Virus record (IMG/VR): IMGVR_UViG_2706795094_000001
Location: 4,017-68,016 of that record
Source of the DNA: a virus
Taxonomy: Duplodnaviria > Caudoviricetes
DNA length: 64,000 bases
Strand: one strand, 5' to 3'
Shown: positions 9,692 through 18,900 of the stretch, piece after piece
How positions within the stretch are numbered: the first letter of the stretch is position 1
Layout: each line of letters starts with the position of its first letter
Program-made: the position numbers and the translations under genes
Notes under the pieces: model-generated
What the model saw: only the letters and a program-made list of their open reading frames with translations
Databases searched by the model: none
Told to the model about the DNA's origin: nothing

Positions 9692-10302
9692 GCTCTGTGC
9701 TTGAGGTCGTCTATTCGCTACCGTTCGCGGTGGGCCTGCTGTGCGGAATCCTCGGGCAGCGGGCCTACTGCTACGGTCGGGCTTGGTACAAAGACAGGAA
9801 CGATCCCCTACCGAACGGTCGGCACCGCACTGTGGCAGGCATAAGCAAGGTTTGGGTCGGCGGCCTGATCGCTGTCGGCAGCCTCGGCTATGTCCTGTAC
9901 CAGGCTGAGGCCACCCGCCTCGACACGGTCTCGCTCGCCGAGCACACGCAGGAATGCACGAGCGACCTGATTGCCTCGGTGTCGCGTGGACGGCAGATCA
10001 GCACCGAGAATGACCGGCTCAGCATTGCCCACCGCGACAAGCTCACCGAGCTCGCGCAAGTGCAATCTGTGTGGCTGGGCCGGATAATCGACCCGCCACC
10101 CCACATCGCCGCCATGCCCGCCGATGACCCTCGGCGGGATGGCTATTTCAAGACCATTACGCAGTTCTACAAGGTACGGACCGACGAGCTGCGCGCGGAT
10201 ATCGACAAAATCCGCGAGGAACAGGCCAAGCTCATCGGTGATCGCGAGCGCAATCCGCTGCCCGACCCTCGATGCTGGCCCGATGGCCCCGAGGTGAAAT
10301 AG
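9688..10302 (+). CDS. Membrane protein (2 TM plus helical domain)
   Basis: 204 aa, ATGA overlap with the previous gene. Confidence 0.7.
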   Translation: MSSVLEVVYSLPFAVGLLCGILGQRAYCYGRAWYKDRNDPLPNGRHRTVAGISKVWVGGLIAVGSLGYVLYQAEATRLDTVSLAEHTQECTSDLIASVSRGRQISTENDRLSIAHRDKLTELAQVQSVWLGRIIDPPPHIAAMPADDPRRDGYFKTITQFYKVRTDELRADIDKIREEQAKLIGDRERNPLPDPRCWPDGPEVK

Positions 10303-10389
10303 CCGTGCACGGTGCTGGCCTAGTGTCATTTTCAGTCTCGGGAAACGGACTAGGCGCGTTCACGCGCCCGACTTAGGAGGACCGACCCT

Positions 10390-11190
10390 ATGCCCGGTAT
10401 CCAGCCCGTCAAGGGCCGCCGCCTGAGGGCCACCAAGATCAACAGTTGCGGTATGCCCATCGCCGGGCCTCGAAACCGTCTGGTCACGAGCGGCTATGTC
10501 AGCCTCACGTTGACCCCGGTGATGCGCGACGCCACCGACCTCACGCAGGACAACGCTGAGGGCAAGGAATGCTTCGCAGACCGCACCGCCCCCGAGCGTC
10601 GCTGGTGGACCCCGGCGTTGGAGCTGTGCAACGTCAATACCGGCCTGCTGACCATGTTCACCGGGTGGGAAACGCTGGTCGACGCCAACGATCTGCCCGT
10701 CGGTTTCCGCGACCAAAAGGAAATCGAGTCCGATTTCGGCGTAGCGCTTGAGCTGTGGTCGGCGGGCAAGATGGAAGAGGATTGCGACGAGATCCCGACT
10801 TCCGACGATGTCCTCACCGACACGAGCTCGGGCCGGTCGTACGGCTATTTCCTGTTCGGCGGCACCGAGTGGACACCCGGCGACATCACCATCAGCGGCG
10901 CGGTGACCACGTTCACGTTGACCGGTCGCACCATCGCGATGCCCGCGTGGGGCCTCGGCCCGTACAACGTGCAGGAAGCGGCCAACGGCACCGCTCGACG
11001 CCTGCTGACCCCGACGAGCAAAAAGGAACACCTCACGGTGTTCCGTACTCGGATCGCACCGCCCGAGCCGACACCGGGCACCGAGCCCGTGCCGCTGGCT
11101 ACGAGCACGTTGTTCACCGATCCGAATTTCTACTACGGCGGGCCGGACGACGAGCCAGCCGCCGTGGTGGCACCTGCTCAGTCTGCGTAA
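10390..11190 (+). CDS. Major tail protein
   Basis: 266 aa, AGGAGG RBS; VKGRRLRATKINSCG and NAEGKEC motifs of actinophage tail tubes; followed by terminator. Confidence 0.85.
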   Translation: MPGIQPVKGRRLRATKINSCGMPIAGPRNRLVTSGYVSLTLTPVMRDATDLTQDNAEGKECFADRTAPERRWWTPALELCNVNTGLLTMFTGWETLVDANDLPVGFRDQKEIESDFGVALELWSAGKMEEDCDEIPTSDDVLTDTSSGRSYGYFLFGGTEWTPGDITISGAVTTFTLTGRTIAMPAWGLGPYNVQEAANGTARRLLTPTSKKEHLTVFRTRIAPPEPTPGTEPVPLATSTLFTDPNFYYGGPDDEPAAVVAPAQSA

Positions 11191-11203
11191 GTCGCGCTAC
11201 GCA

Positions 11204-11240
11204 GAACCGCCCCGGTCCTTTTGGGCCGGGGCGGTTTTCT
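11204..11240. terminator. Bidirectional intrinsic terminator
   Basis: AACCGCCCCGG / CCGGGGCGGTT stem with T-run, between convergent genes. Confidence 0.85.
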
Positions 11241-11248
11241 GTCTCGGT

Positions 11249-11479
11249 TTAGCCGTCGAGGCGGGCGCGAACGTAATCGTAGGTGAGGCCACCGGCAGGG
11301 TAGAGGGAACGAATCTGGTAGGGGCTGAGATCGATCTTGGCGGCACCGGCGACAGCGGCGGCGACGGTGTCGGCGGCGCGAACCTCAAGCAGGGCGCGGG
11401 CGACGCGAATCTGATCGCCGGGGACACCGCGACGGGCGGCGGCGGCGAGATCGGCCTCGGCGTAGCGGCTGATGGTCAT
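11249..11479 (-). CDS. Hypothetical protein (76 aa)
   Basis: Own promoter-hairpin-RBS cassette upstream. Confidence 0.8.
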   Translation of the reverse strand: MTISRYAEADLAAAARRGVPGDQIRVARALLEVRAADTVAAAVAGAAKIDLSPYQIRSLYPAGGLTYDYVRARLDG

Positions 11480-11550
11480 TTCTTCCTCTCTGTGAGCGGG
11501 TCCGTCCCGCTGACAAGAACTAAGTTACCCGCCTAAGTCGGTCTTGTCAA
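11480..11550 (-). promoter_or_regulatory. Promoter-hairpin-RBS cassette 1
   Basis: TTGACA-17-TAACTT, GCGGG/CCCGC hairpin, GAGGAAG RBS. Confidence 0.85.
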
Positions 11551-11556
11551 CCCCCG

Positions 11557-12333
11557 TCACGCAGCAATTTCCCGCGAGGTCACGATGCCTCGACGCCACC
11601 GCAGCGCCCAGTCGAGGCAATTGCCGCAATGCACATGCTTGCCGATGCAGCCGGGCAGCGGCGGGTGCTTACGGGCGTTGAGCGACCAGGCCATCGAGTC
11701 GGCGGTCGTGAGCAGGTGCCCGTACTCGCGCAGCCCGAGGGACTTGACCCCGAAACCGTGTACGGGCAGCTCGGGGTCCGTGTCGAGGATGCCCTCGAAA
11801 ACTCGCCGGATCTCGTCGGTGTGCTGTCGACGGCACACGCTGCCGACACCGACGAGCTCGATGTTGTGCAGATCGATCCCGGCGTCGGCATACATCGACA
11901 TGCATTTCGCGTAGTCAGCGACCTCGTAGCCTTGCAGGACCGGCATGAACGGGCAATGCTCGTCGCTCACCTCGCCCCACAGCCGACGCAGCTCGACGTA
12001 GTTGGCCACCGTACGGCGCTGGTGCTCGGCGACGCTCAGGCCGGTCCGGTCGATCATGTCGGGCTCGCACATCCAATCTTGGGGCGCGGCCCATTCAAGC
12101 TTGCCGATCTGTTGGTCGTATCGGTTGACCGCCTCGACGTATTCGCGGGCGGTGGTCTGCCATCCGCCGAACATCGAGAGCTCGGAGAAACCGCCCGAGT
12201 CGAGCGCCCACACCTCGATGGCCCGAGGCAGGCTGCGCAGCCGCTTGAGGCGGCGATGGGAGACGAACAGCGGCACACCGGCGTGTCCGAGCCACGAGGT
12301 GATGTGGGTACCGAGGTAGAGATAGGCGCGCAT
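11557..12333 (-). CDS. dpdA: DpdA-like (tRNA-guanine transglycosylase family) protein
   Basis: 258 aa; ALDSGGFSEL (TGT DSGGF motif), PVLQG, VHGFG, ADSMAWS, C-terminal CxxxHxHCxNC. Confidence 0.75.
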   Translation of the reverse strand: MRAYLYLGTHITSWLGHAGVPLFVSHRRLKRLRSLPRAIEVWALDSGGFSELSMFGGWQTTAREYVEAVNRYDQQIGKLEWAAPQDWMCEPDMIDRTGLSVAEHQRRTVANYVELRRLWGEVSDEHCPFMPVLQGYEVADYAKCMSMYADAGIDLHNIELVGVGSVCRRQHTDEIRRVFEGILDTDPELPVHGFGVKSLGLREYGHLLTTADSMAWSLNARKHPPLPGCIGKHVHCGNCLDWALRWRRGIVTSREIAA

Positions 12334-12387
12334 CGGGCCGGTCCTGTCTGCCCGGCCCCTCTCAGGGGGCCGGGCGGTAGTGGGTGA

Positions 12388-12651
12388 TCAGCGGGCGCGG
12401 AACGCGGTGCCCATGAGCCGTGCGTTGTCGGCGCGGTCCTGCTGCATGAGCGCTTCGGCGCTGCCTGCCTCGGCGAGGTGCCGGACGGCGGTGCGGAGAT
12501 TGCCGCTCAGGTTGCCGCCTGAGACGTTCATGAGGAAGTACGCATGTCGGAGGACGGCGTCGCGATCCTCGACGGCGACAGCGCGCAGTGCGGCGGCCTG
12601 ACGCTCGTGCATCCGGTCGAGATCGGCGTCGGTGATGATTCTGGCGGTCAT
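12388..12651 (-). CDS. Hypothetical protein (87 aa)
   Basis: ATG 12651 follows the cassette RBS GAGGAAG. Confidence 0.8.
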   Translation of the reverse strand: MTARIITDADLDRMHERQAAALRAVAVEDRDAVLRHAYFLMNVSGGNLSGNLRTAVRHLAEAGSAEALMQQDRADNARLMGTAFRAR

Positions 12652-12721
12652 GGCTTCCTCTCTCGGCGGGACTGTCCCGCCTGACAAGAGACAAGTTACC
12701 CACCTAAGTCGGTGTTGTCAA
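12652..12721 (-). promoter_or_regulatory. Promoter-hairpin-RBS cassette 2
   Basis: TTGACA-17-TAACTT; GGCGGGA/TCCCGCC stem. Confidence 0.85.
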
Positions 12722-12760
12722 CTCCCTCGGTTCATCACCACCTCGCGGTAGCCTGAGCTC

Positions 12761-13498
12761 GTGACTTTCGAGTGGCCGATCAACCGGGCGGGTCTGCCCG
12801 CCTTGCCTGAGCTGACCGACCCGCCGAGCGCCGAATACCTCAAGGCGCTCGCCGAGCGCAACGCTGCCGAGAGCGTGGCGGTGGCCATCATGTGGGCCTT
12901 GTCCGGTCGACAGTTCGGCACCTATGAGACCATCGCGCGCCCGTGCCCGACGCGCCCGCGCGGCAACCCGTTCGCCTACCGCTCCGACGACCTCGTGTGG
13001 ACCGGCGAGGGGTGGCTCACGTGCGGCTGTGTCGGCACCGGCTGCCGGATCGTTGGCCCCAACGTCGTGCACTTGCCCGGCCCCGTGCACGAGGTCACGC
13101 GCGTCGAGATCGGCGGCGTCGACCTATCCCCGGCGGTGTGGGTCGCCGAGGGCAACAAGCTCTATCGGCGCGAGGCCCCGTGGCCCGCCCAAGACCTCAA
13201 CCGGCCCCTCGGCGATGTGAACACGTGGGGCGTCCACTACACGCGCGGTGTGCCGGTGCCACCGGGCATATCCGAGCTCACCGGCATCCTCGTCAAAGAG
13301 ATTCTCGGCGCACTGGAAGATGTCGGGCGCTGCCGCTTGCCGCGCACCGTGACCACCGCGAGCCGCAACGGCGTGACGTACCGGGCCTACGATCCGGCGG
13401 TGATCTACCGCAACGGTAAGACCGGACTGCCTGAGATCGATCTGTGGCTCGCCACGGTCAACCCGAACGCGCTCATGGCCGCCCCGACGGTGATCTGA
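12761..13498 (+). CDS. Head-to-tail adaptor
   Basis: 245 aa; LWALSGRQFG-type motif, RLPRTVTTASRNGVTY, TGLPEIDLWL. Confidence 0.8.
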   Translation: MTFEWPINRAGLPALPELTDPPSAEYLKALAERNAAESVAVAIMWALSGRQFGTYETIARPCPTRPRGNPFAYRSDDLVWTGEGWLTCGCVGTGCRIVGPNVVHLPGPVHEVTRVEIGGVDLSPAVWVAEGNKLYRREAPWPAQDLNRPLGDVNTWGVHYTRGVPVPPGISELTGILVKEILGALEDVGRCRLPRTVTTASRNGVTYRAYDPAVIYRNGKTGLPEIDLWLATVNPNALMAAPTVI

Positions 13499-14016
13499 TG
13501 GCCTGCCGGACAGATCCCGCCCTCGTTATCGTGGGCCATGCCACCGAGGCGCTGCTCGATTGGTTCAAGGATGGCGCGTGCCCGCCGCTCGTCGGTAGCA
13601 CGACCAACGTCCGGTTTTTCGCCGGTGACTCGACACCGCTCGCCGCGTGGGACAGCCACGCGAGCCAAGGCTGCAACGAGCCGTTCGTGTGGGTGCGGCT
13701 CATGCGGCGCTATCGCACGCAGCGGTTCCCTGATCCGACCATCGGCACCGACTGCACTCTGCCGCGCGTGGCCCCTGTCGAGATCGGCGTCGGGTGGTGC
13801 GCACTGACCGAACAAGAACCTCGATGGTCCGACTACCAGCGCGAGGCCGAGGTGTCGTCCGACACCGCGTGGCGGCTTGAGGAAGCGCTGTGTCAAGCCA
13901 GCACCCGGCTCAAGCGCGACGACGAGCAGCGCCTCGTCGGCACCGACGCGCTGGTGCCCTATGGCCCCGAGGGCGGCGTAATCGCATGGACCGCTGTGCT
14001 GTATTCGACCTACTGA
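13498..14016 (+). CDS. Head-tail connector / tail terminator-like protein (172 aa)
   Basis: TGATG overlap; PYGPEGG motif; position in the neck block. Confidence 0.6.
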   Translation: MACRTDPALVIVGHATEALLDWFKDGACPPLVGSTTNVRFFAGDSTPLAAWDSHASQGCNEPFVWVRLMRRYRTQRFPDPTIGTDCTLPRVAPVEIGVGWCALTEQEPRWSDYQREAEVSSDTAWRLEEALCQASTRLKRDDEQRLVGTDALVPYGPEGGVIAWTAVLYSTY

Positions 14017-14025
14017 GATAGGAGC

Positions 14026-14361
14026 ATGACAATGTCGACCGTGGTGATTGAGGGCAGCATTCTGCCGTGCGGTTTCCTCGCCCGAGGCGAGCGCGTCGAG
14101 GTGCAGCGCACCGCCCACATCGACCGGCTCATCGAGCAGGGTTTCGTCAACGTGATCAGCGAGACCGGCGACCCCGAGCCCGCACCGCTGCCCGAGCCGG
14201 TCAAGGCACCGGCGCGCTCGGCGAGCCGCGACACGTGGGCCGAGTTTCTCGCCGAGCACACCGACATCGTGACCGAGGACAAGGGCCGCGACGAGCTCGT
14301 TGCCGAGTACGACGAGTGGCAGAGCGTGCACGACGTTCCCGCCACCGACGACAGCGAGTAG
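14026..14361 (+). CDS. Hypothetical virion protein (111 aa)
   Basis: AGGAG RBS, typical codon use. Confidence 0.7.
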   Translation: MTMSTVVIEGSILPCGFLARGERVEVQRTAHIDRLIEQGFVNVISETGDPEPAPLPEPVKAPARSASRDTWAEFLAEHTDIVTEDKGRDELVAEYDEWQSVHDVPATDDSE

Positions 14362-14365
14362 CCCG

Positions 14366-14788
14366 TTGGCCACGATCCGCGCCCGCGCTCGGATCGAGAT
14401 TGACGAGGCGGCGCTTGAGCGGGAGTCGGGCGAGCATCTGCGGGCATTCCACCGCTCGCTCACGCGCCGGATCGCCAACCAATCGCGTGTGGCGGTGCCC
14501 GTGCGTACGGGCAACCTCGGGCGCACCATCGGCGAGCTGCCGCAGGTCTACACCCCGTTTCGCGTGCGGGGCGGTGTCGAGGCCACAGCGGATTACGCAG
14601 CGCCCGTGCACGAGGGCAGCCGTCCGCACGCGATCCGTGCGCGCAATGCGCAGTATCTGCACTTCTGGTGGCATGGCCGCGAGATGTTCCGCAAATCGGT
14701 CTGGCACCCCGGTACGCGGGCACGACCGTTCATGCGCAACTCGGCGCAACGCGTCGTGACCAACGATCCTCGGGTGCGGATGACTTAG
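14366..14788 (+). CDS. HK97 gp10-like tail-completion protein (TTG start, 140 aa)
   Basis: PVRTGNL...YAAPVHEG...HPGTRARPFM motifs. Confidence 0.7.
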   Translation: MATIRARARIEIDEAALERESGEHLRAFHRSLTRRIANQSRVAVPVRTGNLGRTIGELPQVYTPFRVRGGVEATADYAAPVHEGSRPHAIRARNAQYLHFWWHGREMFRKSVWHPGTRARPFMRNSAQRVVTNDPRVRMT

Positions 14789-14838
14789 CCGACCTCGCTG
14801 GTAAAGTCGGGCTCACCTATCTCGGGAGGAAACCAACC

Positions 14839-15402
14839 ATGGCCACATTCAACGCAGACGGCAAGACCGTCACTGACGAGCAGCTCTCGCCGCCCGCCGA
14901 ATATCTGCCGGATCTCACCGACAGCGAGCGCGAGGCCGACTACCAGGCCGAGCAGGCGCGTATCGAGGCCGCCATCGCCGACGCGGCTGCCGCCGATGAC
15001 GATGATGAGCTGCCCGAGGTCGAGGTGCTGACCCCGCCCGCCGGTCTGGCCACGACCGACGAACAGCCCGGCACCGAGGTGGCCACGTTCGAGCGGTTCA
15101 ACGTCGAGGAAGTCGAGAGCTGGGCCTACGACAAACTTGAGTTCAAGGGCGACCTGCTGGGCATCCGGCTGCCGACCAAGGCGGCGCTCGCCGGTTTCTC
15201 GCTGGCATCGAGCAAGTACGTCTCGCTCGGCGTCAAGAACGATCTCACCGGCCTCTTCATCGCGCGGCACCTCTCGCCTGAGTCGTACGGACGCGTATTC
15301 TCGCGCCTGATGGACCCCGACGATGTCGACTACGACGTAGACGCAGTTGGAGAGCTGTTTAACGCAATCGTGACGGCAGCGGTCGAGTCCGACGACGAGT
15401 AA
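14839..15402 (+). CDS. Tail assembly chaperone (187 aa)
   Basis: GGGAGGA RBS; lies between neck genes and tape measure. Confidence 0.7.
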   Translation: MATFNADGKTVTDEQLSPPAEYLPDLTDSEREADYQAEQARIEAAIADAAAADDDDELPEVEVLTPPAGLATTDEQPGTEVATFERFNVEEVESWAYDKLEFKGDLLGIRLPTKAALAGFSLASSKYVSLGVKNDLTGLFIARHLSPESYGRVFSRLMDPDDVDYDVDAVGELFNAIVTAAVESDDE

Positions 15403-15415
15403 ACCCCGCACAACG

Positions 15416-15451
15416 GAAACCGCCCCGGTCCTTTCGGATCGGGGCGGTTTC
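15416..15451. terminator. Bidirectional terminator, near-copy of 11204-11240
   Basis: GAAACCGCCCCG / CGGGGCGGTTTC stem. Confidence 0.85.
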
Positions 15452-15463
15452 TGTGTGGGTAGG

Positions 15464-15805
15464 TTAGCCGATCTGCTTGGCCAGCTTGACCCCGGTGATC
15501 AGCGTCTTGAGATCCCGGCGGGCGGCCATGACACCCTCGAGCGATCCCTTGCGCCAACCGCCGATCACGTCATCGTCCGTGCCGACTCGACCGGGGTGGG
15601 GGAGGAAGACGTACCAGCGGCAATCGCTGTAATCCCAGCCGTCACGACCCATGCGGGCGTTGCCGATGTAACCGACGGTGGCCTTGTGCGTGGCGTCGGT
15701 CAGGCCCAGCAGCTCGTTGAGCTCTTCGACGCGGTCCTTGAGGAACCCCATGTGCATTTCGTAGTTGCGGGCGATCTCTTCCGGGGTGCGGGTGATGGTG
15801 GTCAT
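15464..15805 (-). CDS. Hypothetical protein (113 aa)
   Basis: ATG after cassette RBS GAGGAAGG. Confidence 0.8.
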   Translation of the reverse strand: MTTITRTPEEIARNYEMHMGFLKDRVEELNELLGLTDATHKATVGYIGNARMGRDGWDYSDCRWYVFLPHPGRVGTDDDVIGGWRKGSLEGVMAARRDLKTLITGVKLAKQIG

Positions 15806-15875
15806 TTCTACCTTCCTCGGCGGGACGTTCCCGCCTGACATGAACTAAGTTACCCGCCTAAGTCGGTGTTGTCAA
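15806..15875 (-). promoter_or_regulatory. Promoter-hairpin-RBS cassette 3
   Basis: TTGACA-17-TAACTT; GGCGGGA/TCCCGCC stem. Confidence 0.85.
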
Positions 15876-15924
15876 GCCCATTGCGTAAACGAGTTTCCGC
15901 GCGCCCGTGCGATAGCCTGACCAG

Positions 15925-18900
15925 GTGACAGATGTCGGCAAAATCAGCCTCGGGGTTGAGATCAATGGCGACGATCTGGCAGCCCGTCTCGGCGAGGCAG
16001 TGCGCACGGCGGTAGCGCCCGCGCTCGACAAGCTCAATCGTAAGCTGCAAGAGACGCAGCGCGCGTACAACAAGACCGGCGACAGCGCCGAGAAGTCGGC
16101 AGTGCGGCAAGTCGCGGCCCTCAAGCGCGTCGAGGAACAGGCCGACGCGACCCGGCGCGCGGTGGAACGCGCTGCCGCTGCCTCGCGCCTCGGTGGTGGC
16201 GGTCGCGGTGACTCGACGGCGGGCGTCGGCGGCAACGACAACAGACGCGTCGACAACCGACGTATCGACAATCGCCGGTACGACTATCGCACGTACAACG
16301 ACAACCGCAAGATCGATCAACGACGGTACGACAACCGCAAGGTCGACAACCGTAAGTACGACTACAGCACCAAGAACGACCAGAGCATCACCTATGACTA
16401 TCGGTCGTACCACTACGACGGCATGCCCGGTCCGACACCCGGCGGCGGCGGGGGCGGTTTCGGGCGAGGTGGTGGCCGGGGCGGCGGTGGTCGAGGCGGT
16501 GTGCTCGGTTTCCTGACCGGACCCGTCGGGCTCAACACCATCGCTCAGGGCGCGGCGGCGCTACCCGCCGTGGCCACCGGGGTGGTCAACATCGTGGGCG
16601 CGGTGCAGCAGCTCACACAAGCCGGTCTTGCGCTGCCCGGCATATTCGCGGGCGGCGCGGCGGCCATCGGCACCGCCGTCATCGGCTTCCAGGGCCTCGG
16701 CGACGCCATCAAGGCGCTCAACGAGGCCGACGCTGACCCGGCCAAGCTGGAAGAGGCCAACAAGGCGCTCGAAAAGCTCGCACCGTCAGCGGCAGCGGTG
16801 GCCCGCGAGGTCTCGCGACTCACCGTCGGACCGCTGCGCGATTTCCAAAAGGCCATCGCGCAGCCGCTATTCGAGGGCCTCGACAAGGACATCGGGACGT
16901 TCGCCGACAAGGCACTGCCGCGCATCCAACCGGGCATGCAAAAGGTGGCCAAGGCCATCAACAGCACGTTCAAAGAGGGCCTCGCTGCCCTCGGCGACGA
17001 CAAGAACCTCAGCCTCGCCGACCAGATATTCGGCAACACCGCCGAGGGACAGCAGCGCGCGAACAACGCAATTCGACCGCTGATCTCCGCATTCGGCACG
17101 TTGGCCAAAGAGGGCAGCGTGTTCCTGCCGCGCCTCGGTGACGCGATCACCTCGGTGGCTGACCGGTTCAATCGGTTCATTCAGACCAACACCAATAACG
17201 GCAACATCTTCCGATGGATTGACGAGGGTCTCAACGGCGCGCGTGCGTTCGGCAACACGATCCTCAACATCCTCAAAACGATCACGGGGCTGACCAAGGC
17301 CGCCGGTCAGGCCAAGGGGTCGCTGTCCGGCGACGGCGGTCTGCTCGGTGCGCTGGAACGCGTCACCGAGCGCTGGTCGACGTTCACCAACAGCGTCGAG
17401 GGACAGCAGAAGCTCGGCAAGTTCTTCGCCGACGGCACCGCCGACCTTCACCGCTACGGTGATCTGCTGCGCACGTTGTGGCCCACGATCAAGGAAATCA
17501 TCGCCGGTTTCCAGACGTGGGGCGAGATCGTGCTGCCCATCGTCTCGGCGCTCGCCTCGCTCACCAACACGCTCGCGCAGATCCCCGGCCTGCTGGAGGC
17601 GGTCGTGGTCGGCTTCCTCGCGTGGCGCACCCTCGGCCCGATCATCGGCGGCGTGGCCAACAAGCTCAACGCGGTCGGCGGCGCGGCGGGCAAGCTCGGC
17701 GGCGCACGCGGACTGCTCGGCGGGTCGCTCATCGCGGGCGGCGGCGCGATTCAAGCCTCGACCGACAGCGGACTCGGGCAGCTCGCCGGGGCGCTCACTC
17801 AGGTGGCCGGTGGTGCGCTCGCAGGCTCGGTGTTCGGCCCGGCGGGCGCGGCTGTCGGCGCAGGTGTCGGCGCAGCCATCGCGGGCATCACCTACGTGCT
17901 CAACGAGAATGCACGCGCGTCGAGGGACGCGGCGGCGGCTCAGGCCGAGCTCGCCGAGAACCTCAACCGCAGCCGTGTGGCCATGGAGCTGACCAGTCAG
18001 GCCACCAAGACCGCCAACGACGCGCTGCTCGCCTCGGGCGGCGCGGTCGACGCCGCGACCATAGGCGCGGTCGGCGACCAGATCTCGGCGATCCCCGACC
18101 GGCTCGCGGGATCGTACGACGAGGACACGATCAAGGGCGTGGCCACAGCGCTCAAGGATCTGAGCCTCACCGAGCAGCAGCTTGCCACCATCGTCACGGG
18201 TGCACAGCCCGGTTTCGATGCCCTCACCGCGCGGCTACGTGAGATGGGGCCGGGCGGTGCCATCGCGGCCCAGAACCTGCAAGCAGTGCGCGACGCGACC
18301 CTCGGGGCCGCGAACAACGCAGCCACGGCGGCTCCGCTGTTGCAGAACCTCGCGCAGACCCTCGGGGTCGACGTGCCTCAGGCGGCAGCCGAGCTAACCA
18401 ATGCGTTCAGTGCGGTTCCCAAAGAGGTGCCCATCAACATCGACGCGCCCGGCGGGCAAGCGGTATTCGACATGCTCGTCGCTATCGGTGAAAAAGTCAG
18501 TGTCGACAACAACAAGAACATCGTGGTTGAGGCACCGCTCGCCCCGGCAGTGCTTGAGCAGCTCAAGGCCATCGGCTACGAGGTCACGCAGAACAACGAC
18601 AAGACCATCACCGTTCGCGTCGACCCGCAGATGTACGCGGACACACTCGCCAAGCTCGGCAACGTCGGCAACGTGCTGAGGGATCTGCACGGGCAGAGCC
18701 TCGGTCTACCAGCGGTGCCCGCCGGACCGAACAACACAGCGGGCGGCCTGTTCCCCGGCATGCCCGGTCCCACCGGCCCCGGTGGTGCGGACGGCATGGT
18801 CATCCCCGGCTACGCACCCAAGCAGGACACCGTCAACGCGGTGCTGGCACCCGGCGAGGGCGTGCTCATCCCCGAGGCGGTGCGCGGCCTCGGTGGTGCG

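Noticed and set aside
14839-15460. Programmed frameshift in the chaperone next to the tape measure
   Set aside because: No slippery heptamer seen and a terminator follows the stop; no T-frame ORF
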